Assembly (NCBI RefSeq): GCF_006345805.1
Contig: NC_043001.1
Span: forward strand, 19,840,001 to 19,904,000
Reading direction: 5' to 3'
Origin: Octopus sinensis
Taxonomy: Eukaryota
Length of the DNA: 64,000 nucleotides
Under the pieces are notes generated by a model that was given only the letters and a program-made list of their open reading frames with translations, did no database searches and had not been told where the DNA came from. Made by a program: the position numbers and the translations under genes. Shown here piece after piece: positions 53,351-64,000 of this stretch. Each line of letters starts with the position of its first letter. Within the stretch, counting starts at the first letter, position 1.

Positions 53351-54286
53351 TCACATACATATATATTCTTGTGCATTGTTTTTAATGTATATCAGCTATT
53401 GATTGTTGTTTAATCCCAGGTCAACTCTGACCAATTAGTCCTCTGATCATAGACATTCTACCTGTGCAAATCATGTCTTTTTATTAGTATCTATGATTAG
53501 ATTATCATATCAGTAGCGAAGGCTAACACTAATTTTATCAGAATCCACCCCCATCATTCTACTTTGCATTATCTAATATGTTCTTTCTCTTTTCAAAATG
53601 ATGAGGTGTGATCTGAAGGACTGAAGGAGATTTCGCTGCTATCCATAGCAAGTTAAGCAACCAAGTAAAAATTCCCTCATTGGCCCATTTAGGTATTGGT
53701 AGTTCTTGGTACAGCTTGACACTACCTTGCAATTGACCAATGGATGCAAAAGGTCAAGCATGAAGCTATTGGTGTTGTAAAATTTCAATTGTCACGTTTT
53801 ACCTATTCTGTGTTTGTTGAAGTCGAGGTTTTGCTGTTTTTGAAATCAAAATAACATCTGAAACCTTCCTATACTGCATGTCTATAATTATATCAAAGAC
53901 TTCTGTTACTTTCTGGTGATTCCTTATGCTTCTTTATCCACAGTTTGTTCCTTAGTTCTATGTGTACCCTGATTGAGCTGACCCAGCTGACCTATGGTTA
54001 CAACCATTACAATTGCAACCATCACATATTTTTTTTAGACATGATATATCAAAGATTATATAATCAAAAATTTTCTATTTTATTTTTGACGATAGGGTGT
54101 GATTTGGACAGTGGAGTAGCAAGGGTATTTTCTGTTTCACAGCAAAGACAATTTTGGTGTTCTCACCTTAATTAGCAGGTAAAATAAGCAAGAAGAAATG
54201 TTGCACCCTTTGGCACTTACACTTGTGTTGGAGGTGACTGTATGCCTCATCCCCATTGCTACACTGTGGGGTTTCATTGCCACTTC

Positions 54287-55060
54287 TGGCAGGTTTCCAG
54301 GCCATAATAGAGGAATTCAGAACTGGGTGCCTATGGGAACTGCTATATGCTGATAATCTTGCTCTTATTGCAGAAGCCTCCTTAATGTATTTTTGAAAGG
54401 TGTACATATGATGCCACACTCTCAAGTCAGTACATTGGGAACAATCTTTTGAGACATATCTTATGACATTAATACCTGTCTTACAAGATAGAAAATTTGT
54501 ATACCACACTGATTACTCTTATGTGATACCACTAGTTAGACTGATATATGATTCATATGTAATGAGACCACACAGACCTTTAGATAAAGGGTATGGATGT
54601 TCCTGTAGAGACTTCTACATAGAATATAGGGAAGCTTTTGTAAACTTCTCTTGATAGAACAATTGATGTATAAGTAGTAATAGTGTCTGTTTGGTGTAAT
54701 AAAAGATTTAATGTGTCATTGCTGTAATAGACACAGGTCAGTTCTGATAATATATGGGATAAGGCATGGGATGAAGTGGTAAGGACTGATCTCAGGAAGT
54801 TGGACCTCATGGAGGAAATGACCATGGCCCGAGATGTCTAGTGATATGAAGTTCTTGAGAAGACTCACTCATATCGGCGAAACTGAGTTCTAGAAGCTCT
54901 GTGTAGAAAACCTCTTACACACTCTACCACAACTATTGCATTGTAAAAATCCTGCCATAACAATCACAGAAATCTGGTGCAGGCTTCGGCCTGGCTGGCT
55001 CTTGTGGTACCATTCCACCCTTGCTAGCATGGAACATGGATGTTAAATGATGATGATGAT
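54287..55060 (+). pseudogene. RTE LINE fragments
   Basis: EEFRTGCLWELLYADNLALIAE at 54310-54375; WDEVVRTDL near 54766; 3' tail. Confidence 0.7.
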
Positions 55061-55107
55061 ATATATATATATATACATACATACATATATATATATGTAT
55101 ATATATG

Positions 55108-55140
<33 letters not shown>

Positions 55141-55143
55141 GTG

Positions 55144-55197
<54 letters not shown>

Positions 55198-56757
55198 TAT
55201 AGGGCAAATAAGAAAACGGAGAGGATATCCTCTCCCTTTTCTTGTTTGCTTTATAAATCCTGGGTAAATTTCCAATTTACCCCCACCCATACCTAGTATT
55301 CAAATGCAATAGTAAGCACTTGGTTAAAAATACAGAGGTACATATCCAGTAGTATATTGAATATTTAATATTCATTAGATGGTTTCTTAACCTCTAACTC
55401 ATAAAGACATATATATATTTGCCTTATTTGTCTTATATATATATATATATATATATACATACATATATATAGATAGCTAGATAGCTAGATAGCTAGATAG
55501 ATAGATAGATATGTGTGTGTGTATGTCTTTGTCTCTATCACCACTTGACAACCAGTGTTGGTTTGTTTATGTCCTCATAATTTACCAATTCAGCAAATGA
55601 CATCAATAGAATGAGTACCAGTTGCTTCACTAAGATTTTTCAGTCCAATGACTGAAAGAAGTAAAAAGATAAGCTGTATGTGTGTGTGCATGCGCATGTG
55701 TGAGTGAGCTTTGTTTTTCTTACACATAAAAGCACAGAATGTGGAAATGACGCAATCTACCGTTTCAAGACAAAAGACAAATTCAAAACTAAAAGTCTAC
55801 CCCCTAATTCATTCTTTCGCTAAACATTTTCTTTTCTTTCTCTTCCCACTCTCATACTTAATCCATACATACTTATTCACTTACCACACACACAAACACA
55901 CACACACACATCAAACATAATGCTGGGTCAGTGTTACAACCCCAAAATTAGAACTATGTTCTGTGAATACTTCAGTATTCTGACTGCCACTCATGCTTTA
56001 ACTAGCTTTCTCAACGGACAATGGTACAACAGATGGAACCGCAACCCCATCATGAAATGTATGTCAGTGCCATTAGATCACTTACAACTTGTATAACAGG
56101 CTCTCAACATCAACATAAATCATGAACAGCTGTTCAATCAGTGGGCAAATATATATTGAATGTTGAACAATAAGTTGATCAATAAATATTTTTAATTGAT
56201 TATCTTAAATTAAAATCTATGACCTACATTTAATGTTTGCCCATAGTAACTGTAACTGTATTGTTGATACCATACCTGACGGCCTCTGTTGGACTCTTTC
56301 TGCTTAAAATCTATTTATAAAAAAACCAATGTAGAAACTTTTATAATAAACAAAAGAAGTCGTTTGTGTTTGTAGTCCAGTAAATATGAACTTTGTGAAG
56401 TGAACTTGTAAGAATACAATTGAATTAAAAGTGTGAAATTTTCTGTAACCTCTATTCTTGAAAAGAGAAAAGAGAAATGAATAGGTGTAGGAGTGGCTGT
56501 GTGGTAACTAGCTTGCTTATGAACCAGATGGTTCCGGGTTCAGTCCCACTGCATGGCACCGTGGGCAAAGTGTCTTCTACTATAGCATCGGGCTGACCAC
56601 AGCCTTGTGAGTGGATTTGGTAGACAGAAACTGAAAGAAGCCCATCGAATATATGTGTATATATATATACATATAATAATAAATATTAGGGAATGAATCC
56701 AAAATTACAGGGAAAAAAATCAGATTTAGGGTTAAATCCAATTTTATAGTAAAATAT

Positions 56758-57008
56758 TATATAATATAATTCGAGACAAAACCACTATTTTAAAACCAAA
56801 CAAGGAAAGACTTAATCAATACATAAAATTTTAATATAATTTAAATAAACCGCCACTACAAATGTTTCATGTCTGCTACCGACAATCTTCAGGTGGATTT
56901 TCGATCTTCTAATCAGTATCAAATTTTGATATTAAAATTTTATGTATTGATTAAGTTTTTCCTTGTTTGGTTTTAAAATAGTGGTTTTGTCTCGAATTAT
57001 ATTATATA
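56758..57008. repeat. Inverted repeat, ~80-bp arms around a ~90-bp spacer
   Basis: TAATTCGAGACAAAACCACTATTTTAAAACCAAACAAGGAAA and its reverse complement. Confidence 0.92.
56853..56896 (-). ncRNA. Candidate minimal type I hammerhead ribozyme
   Basis: CCAC CUGAAGA UUGUC GGUAGCA GACAU GAAA C AUUU G UA GUGG. Confidence 0.7.
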
Positions 57009-57021
57009 TATACATATATAT

Positions 57022-57052
<31 letters not shown>

Positions 57053-57210
57053 CATATATATTTCGATAGGTGAATGAATTATCCTATGTTTACCGTCAAC
57101 ATAGACAATTCGATGAACCGATACAGGGTAGCAAATTCACGTCAGAAACATGGCTGAAGCAACCTATCCAAGGGTAGAAACTCCGGGTTCATGTGCAGAA
57201 ATTTGTGTGT

Positions 57211-57610
57211 TATATATGAATAAATAAATAAATGGAGTTGAACGAAGATGTTAACAAAATTCCTTTACTCTCGACATATGTTTTGAAGATAACATGGTTT
57301 TATTCCAAAGGAATAAACGGTGCAAATTGCAATCTTCTCATCAGGAATGAAAGGGAGCCTCTCTCAACAACAAGACAAAATAATAATTGCGATGACTGCC
57401 TACATGGTAAACAAAACCATGTAGGCAGTCATCGCAATTATTGTTTTCTCTTGTTGTTGAGAGAGGCTCTCTTTCTTTCCTGATGAGAAGATTGCAATTT
57501 GCACCGTTTATTCCTTTGGAATAAAACCATGTTATCTTCGAAACATATGTCGAGAGTAAAGGAATTTTGTTAACATCTTCGTTCAACTCCATTTATTTAT
57601 TTATTTATAT
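57211..57610. repeat. Near-perfect fold-back inverted repeat, ~195-bp arms, 7-nt loop
   Basis: Centre CATGGT aaacaaa ACCATG; the mirror ORFs 57232(+) and 57592(-) reflect the symmetry. Confidence 0.95.
57475..57556 (+). ncRNA. Candidate type I hammerhead ribozyme with intact core
   Basis: CUUUC CUGAUGA GAAGAU...AUCUUC GAAA C AUAU G UC GAGAG; predicted cleavage after C57551. Confidence 0.78.
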
Positions 57611-57645
57611 ACATATATATATATACATACATATATATTATACAT

Positions 57646-57695
<50 letters not shown>

Positions 57696-57810
57696 GTGGG
57701 TATGTGTTTGTGGGTCTGTGTTTGTCCCCCCAACATCGCTTGACAACCGATGCTGGTATGTTTAGGTCCCTGTAACTTAGCAGTTCAGCAAAAGAGACCG
57801 ATAAAATAAG

Positions 57811-58115
57811 TACAGCTCCCATGACTTTTGGAAACATTTTTTCACACTCAGAGTTACTGAAGCATGGAACAAACTACCTGCATCAGTTGTTAGTTGCCGA
57901 GATATTGCATCCTTTAAAACTTCCATGCTTCCTGAAATTTACCAACACTACACCTGATATCTTCCCCTCCATTCGCATGCACATATGTATATCATGACTC
58001 ATACATTGTTCACTTACCTGACATTTGCACATAATTCTGTGCACCTTTAATGAGTTGTAGCACACCTGAGCACTAAACACAATAATTTCATTATTATTAT
58101 TATTAATATTATTAT
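57811..58115 (+). mobile_element. CR1/L2-like LINE 3' end with (ATT)n tail
   Basis: Matches 12080-12310. Confidence 0.8.
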
Positions 58116-59139
58116 TTAAGGTGAACTTTATACATGACAGTTGCTCTTCCTCTTCACTACTGATAATGGTGTGCATCTCAACACACTATTTGGGACTAAT
58201 GAGGATAATGAGGTAAAATGATGTTGCAATTTTTTACCTGAGCTGAATGAGAGAAATAGTGATTTTTAAGATTCTAGTATAGTAGTACTCTGGAGTATTG
58301 TGTATATATATCTGGGTTTTTAGAGGATTTTTTTAAAACCTTTTCCATGTAATAACAGAGACAGAGAGAGTTGGAGCTTGTTGGAGCAACAAGCTGTGTT
58401 CTTTACATGGCCAGATTGCATTTTCTTTTTAATATTTTATTGTGTGGCTAGTCAATAGGTGTGATTCATATTCAATCTGTTTTGTGCAGTGTTTTGTGTT
58501 CTTTATAGTTTAATACTTTATCATGGTTTTTTGTGATGAGTCAAAGTCCAGACAGGACTGAAATAGTCCATAATGGATCTAATGAATTGTTTTTACACTA
58601 TTATTATTATTTCTTTTTGCTGGGTAAAATATGGTACCTTGTGCTTGCCTTAAGAGTGTCTGTGTGTCATTTTGCTTTCTTTTTTGTGTTTTAAATGTTG
58701 TTATATGTTATATGTATATGTAACATCTTGTATTTTGTCTTTTGGGTGTACGTGGGTGGTATGTCTATATTATTGAGTGTCAGGGTTGGTTGTGTCTTAT
58801 GTTCTCTTTAGTAGTTACTATCTTAAGTGTGTTGTTGCTGAACCAGGTTTACAGGTGGTTTATGTAGGGTTAATGTTATTGTACAGCAGTATTTGGAGAA
58901 AGGTGTAAATATGTTAGTATTATGTTATCTGCCTAAGCTGTTTTCCTTTATTATTATTATTATACTAATGCAAGATAATTCTGTTAGCAGGTATTTTATC
59001 TTGATGTTAGGTGACAACAATTCTCTTCAAAATCTCAAGAATCATCCTTAGTATTCTTGCAGAATATAATTGGTACTTTTGTCCAGGTCAACAATGCAAG
59101 TTTCAATTCCAATCTCTTTCAGTCTTTTGGGTGTTGTGC

Positions 59140-59535
59140 CAAGTACAGGAATAATTGTTGTCCTGGTCTTCTACACCCTCCTCAGCTCTCTGGCAAGATC
59201 ATGATATTCCTCAATTTTTTTCAATTTCTTTGGTATCATAGGGAACTGCAAAATCTATGATCTTACACTGTTTGTTTTATTTTGTCCTCTGTAATCATAT
59301 CTGAATAGTATGGTCAGTTCCATAGGGAAATCCCAAAAGATCTTGTAATTTTCATTTTCTATTACAACCTCTGGTTTGTGTCCATACCATTTTTCTGTTG
59401 TTTTAAAGCCATATACTCAGCTAACTTGCCAATGCACTCTTTTACCTATGAAGTCATGCCTGCACTTATACTCTTTTTGTGCTAGTATACTGCACTTACT
59501 CAAAAATTGATTGATACTTTCGTCTCCTTCCTGTA
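59140..59535 (-). pseudogene. RLE-type (R4/Dong-like) non-LTR relic
   Basis: Minus strand ESINQFLSKCSILAQKEYKCRHD..VHW..WYGHKPEVVIENENYKIFWDF. Confidence 0.75.
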
Positions 59536-60271
59536 TATGCAGTCTGAGCTTTTTCAGTCTTTGTTTTAAGGGCTTGTTTCTCAGTGATTATTTTTGTCTC
59601 TCATTTCAAGTTGTGGTTATTATTATTAGGTCCAAATGTTCAAAGCTGAAGATAATTTTCAGTATCATGATCTGCCAGCCAGTGAACAACTGTAAAGTAT
59701 TGATGTTGCCAAACCTAGTGGTCCATTTGGTGTCTACCATGTTGATCTTCCTGTAGATCTAGAACAGCTACATCGTGCTGCCAAACCTTCTTCTCAAGGT
59801 GGCTCTGGGTCTGTTGATAAACCAGCAGGCAATGCTGACATCACTACATGTCATGATACCCCAGAAATTATTGGACAGTCTATTGGAGAATATCATACAA
59901 CACCTGATCTTTCTGCTAGTCAAGGCCATTTGCCTTCTAAACAAGATTATCATATAATTAAACTGCCCATTACTAATATAAAAGAAGTTGAGTTGCAATG
60001 ATATTACATCATCTGTCTCCTGTCAATGCTATTTGAAAGGCAGTAGGTGTCGTGTATGTTGATGTCTTCATTCATGATAGTGTATGTATCAAAGTGTTAG
60101 TGAGAGTATGTAATCTGGTGGAGCAGTTGGTAAATATTATAGGTATGTTTGTTATATTAATGCGCTTTATGTTACTGGTTTATATTTTTACTTTGTGTTA
60201 CTGGTTTATTTCTTTTGTAGTATTGTCTTTCATTAGCCTGCTAATGTGACTTGTAATATATGTTTATTGAA

Positions 60272-60690
60272 TACTCTTTTACTCTTTTACTTGTTTCAGT
60301 CATTTGGCTGTGGTCATGCTGGAGCACTGCCTTTAGTCGAGCAAATCAACCCCAAGCCTTATTCTTTGTAAGCCTAGTACTTATTCTATCAGTCTCTTTC
60401 GCCAAACCGCTAAGTTACAGGGACGTAAACACACCAGTATTGGTTGTCAAGCGATATTGGGGGGGGGACACAAATACAGATTCACAAACATATACACACA
60501 CATACAAATATATATACATATATATGATGGGCTTCTTTCAGTTTCTGTCTACCAAATCCACTCACAAAGCTTTGGTCAGCCTGAGGATATAGTAGAAGAC
60601 ACTTGCCCAAGGTGCCACGCAGTGGGACTAAACCTGGAACCATGTGGTTGGTAAGCAAGCTACTTACTACACAGCCATTCTTACGCCTAC
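60272..60690 (-). mobile_element. SINE family A
   Basis: Matches consensus. Confidence 0.9.
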
Positions 60691-61769
60691 AAATTTTTAT
60701 TGTGAAAGAGTCCTCTATTGTAAAAGGCCTCTCTAGTCTGATTTGAGAATAATTTAGAATGATGGAAATTCTGTGTTCTGGCAGTAAAAATACTTCCTAA
60801 ATTATTACTTGATGAGTGATTTTAGTTTCATAAAGGTATTTTTAGTACCATTTGTGTTGTATTACAGAATTCTTATACTTTTGTGCCAGGGCCACAAAGT
60901 TTGTTCGTGAAAAGTTTTTATTTTTAAATGCATTCTATGCAGACCTGTGATGTTGGGAAGGGAGATCATAAGGGCATTCCCTGTTTTAGTCAGTGTTGCT
61001 AAAGCAGTGTTAATGGTATTTTCCCAGTAAAGTTGGATATTTTCCCAGGTTATTTGTAAATGTAGCTGTTTGGGAATATTTGTAAGAGTATCTTGGAGAT
61101 TTTATAAGCCACTGATTTTATAGGTGTTTAAAGCTTGCTTTGGACTGATTTAAAGTCATTGTTTGTCTCTGATAGTGTTCACATATGTGAGAATTATTTC
61201 TGTGTGTCAAGTAGATATTTCTCAACTAGCTTTCTATGACATCCTCTCTTTTCTGGAATATTATATTCAGTATTTACTACATCCTGAAGATGTATTACTA
61301 CATCCATTTTTGAAGATGGTAAGGTAATATTTGAGGAAAATTTGGCTGTAGTTTCTTGCAGGTCAAGCAACCACTTAGAGGTTTCCTCATTATGTCAAGT
61401 TGATTGATATAATATCATTATGCGTTTCTCAACATAACTTTTAAAATAAGTTGGATACAGATGAAGAAAATTGTTTCCACGAGACACAATTTTCATCATG
61501 TTACTTCTGGTGACATCTATAATAAGTTACGTAGGAAGAAAATGGAAGATTAAGAAATATATTATTAGATATTCTTGAAGGTAACTTAAGTGTCAATGAG
61601 AATTATTGTTTCTGAAGAATGACAACAGAAAACATCATCAACAGCAGTGAAACCAGCAACAATATTGGTTTTAACTTAGTCCACAAGGCCATAAAAGTTG
61701 TGGAAGGAGCATGGTTGATTAGATCTACCTCAATTTCTGAAGACTACTTATTTTATCAACTCTAGTAGG

Positions 61770-61770
<1 letters not shown>

Positions 61771-61801
<31 letters not shown>

Positions 61802-62290
61802 CCTCCTCCTCATTATCATCATCATTTAACGTCTGCTTTCCATGCTGGCATGGGTTGGACGATTTGACTGAGGACTGGCAAACCAGATGGCTGCACCAGG
61901 CTCCAATCTGATCTGGCAGAGTTTCTACAGCTGGATGCCCTTCCTAACGCCAACCACTCCGAGAGTGTAGTGGGTGCTTTTACGTGACACTGGCACAAGG
62001 GCCAGTCAGGCGGTACTGGCAACAGCCACGCTCAAATGATGTTTTTTACATGCTACCTGCACAGGAGCCAGTCCAGCAGCACTGGCAACAACCTTGCTCT
62101 GATATTTTTTCATGTGCCACCGGCACAAGTGCCAGTAAGGCGATGCTGGTAACTATCACACTCGAATGGTGCTTTTTACGTGCCACCGGCATCGAAACCA
62201 GTCAGCTGCTCTGGCAACGATCATGCTTAGATGGTGCTCTGAGTGCTCCACTAGCGCAAATGCTAGTCATCAAATCTAATTTCGATTTTG
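61771..62290 (-). mobile_element. RTE LINE 3' end with internal ~60-bp subrepeats
   Basis: Parallels 725-1200. Confidence 0.87.
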
Positions 62291-62432
62291 ATAACAAATT
62301 TAACCCCAGTGGGAATTGAACTCAGAGTGTAAAGGGATGTAAGTAAATACTGCAAATTAAGTCCACCTCTCTACTGACCCTGCTATTCTAATGCCATATT
62401 ATTAACAGTAACATGAACACATGTTGATGTTA

Positions 62433-62847
62433 AAGGCAGCGAGCTGGCAGAAACGTTACGTTCTGGGTTCAAATTCTGCCGAGGTCTTTTATCCATTTGG
62501 GGTTGATAAATAAAGTACCAATTGTGCACTGGGGTTGATGCAATTGACTTTCCTCCTCCACCCCAAACTGCTGGCCTTGTGCCAAAATTTGAAACTAATA
62601 TTAACACAACAATTACTAATACTCTTTTACTTTTTTACTCTTTTACTTGTTTTAGTCATTTGACTGCGGCCATGCTGGAGCATCGCCTTTAGTTGAGCAA
62701 ATCGACCCCAGGACTTATTCTTTGTAAGCCTAGTACTTATTCTATCAGTCTCTTTTGCTGAACTGCTAAGTTATGGGGATGTAAACATACCAGCATCGGT
62801 TGTCAAGCAATGTTGGGGAGACAAACACAGACACACAAACATATACT

Positions 62848-62934
<87 letters not shown>

Positions 62935-63625
62935 TATGACAAGCTTCTTTCAGTTTCTGTCTTCCAAATCCACTCACAAGGCTTTGGTTGTCAAAGTGCC
63001 ACGCAGTGGGACTGAACCCGGAACCATGTGGTTGGTAAGCAAGCTACTTACCACACAGCCATTCCTGCACCTAATATCAAACTTTTTTAAATGATAGGTT
63101 GTTTATTTATGGAGGTCAATATATCCACATAACAGATGATTGTACATAAGGAATTCTTCAATTTCACATAAACTGTTACACCAGCCATCATAAATAGCTA
63201 ATACTCGGCAGCAGATTCCAGATCTAATAGCATGACTGGCTAAGAAACTGGGAGTCAATAGTCTACAGGTGAGCACTAGAGCAGCTTGAAGTCACCTCTT
63301 TCAGACTCATAACAGAACATAAACTCAGTACTTGAAGCTAGTGAATCACTCAATTGCATCATGTGTCTTACTTTGTAGCTCTCATGAGAGATGGTAGACA
63401 CAACTGTACAAATATGATGCTTGTCATTTTGTTGATGGTATTGTTCCATCTACGTTCTGAGTTAAAATTCCGCTGAGGTCGACTTTACCTTTCATCCTTT
63501 CAGGGTCGATAAATTAAGTACCAGTTACGCACTGGGGTCGATGTAATCGACTTAATCTGTTTGTCTGTCCTTGTTTGTCCCCTCTGTGTTTTAGCCCCTT
63601 GTGGGTAGCAAAGAAATAGAAATAA
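62433..63625. mobile_element. SINE C at 62433-62600 (+), SINE A at 62620-63072 (-), SINE C at 63450-63625 (+)
   Basis: Consensus matches. Confidence 0.85.
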
Positions 63626-63938
63626 GTATTATTCCATCTTTAAAGATGTTTGACGTAGGAGACTTTGGGTTCTTCAATGTATTTCAAGCTTTCCATCTAA
63701 TTCATTCACTACTAACTTTTTAAAGTACTTTTGCTGGCACTTTGTTTGAGGTTCATATGTATAGGGAGTCTCTTTGAACTGTTGTGAGGAATCTTAGCTC
63801 TATATTTAGCACTGGTCCCTCGTCTTTCATTAATTATCTTTTGTTAAGATTTATGGCTAACTTTGCTGGTTTATGATTTTCTTCACTGAGGACTCCTTTT
63901 TTTGAGAATTAGTAGTTTCTTGATACAATTATCTTTAA

Positions 63939-64000
63939 TCCTTTCGTTACTGAATTTATTTTGAGATGCTCTGCGTTTCTTTCAATTACTTTAAATATAA
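63939..64000. mobile_element. piggyBac-type MITE cut by the window edge
   Basis: TTAA then sequence matching 17615 onward. Confidence 0.75.

Larger units (their letters stand above)
56483..57812 (+). mobile_element. SINE family A split at its internal (TA)n by ~1 kb of nested fold-back elements
   Basis: Head at 56483-56650; 3' body resumes near 57690. Confidence 0.85.

Noticed and set aside
57232-57592. Twin 83-aa ORFs on opposite strands
   Set aside because: A by-product of the DNA palindrome
58533-58575. Hammerhead-like GTGATGAGTC...GACTGAAATAGTC
   Set aside because: First core base is wrong and stem I is absent; too degenerate to call

Overview
AT-rich, repeat-dominated eukaryotic non-coding DNA, intergenic or intronic. 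The SINE/LINE/microsatellite repertoire looks like a coleoid cephalopod (octopus-like) genome; this is an inference. No intact host protein-coding gene is supported: the long ORFs in the track are translations of (CATA)n/(TATG)n/(TA)n microsatellites or of SINE consensus. The window holds about 25 copies of one tRNA-derived SINE, several other modular SINE families, decayed RTE, CR1-like, R4/Dong-like and Penelope-like retroelements, Tc1/mariner/maT relics, piggyBac-type MITEs, Helitrons (one with PIF1-helicase remnants) and a 118-bp higher-order minisatellite. The main hidden signal is a set of short, mutually unrelated elements that sit in (TA)n tracts, often form fold-back inverted repeats, and carry minimal hammerhead-ribozyme motifs (CUGANGA...GAAA, palindromic stem III, NUH). 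Several look near-canonical (57475-57556, 56853-56896, 51399-51489, 14980-15040). A second oddity is a ~150-bp GC/CpG-rich, multi-hairpin island at 42474-42623. All structures were read by eye, not computed, and element boundaries are approximate unless a TSD or TIR is quoted.
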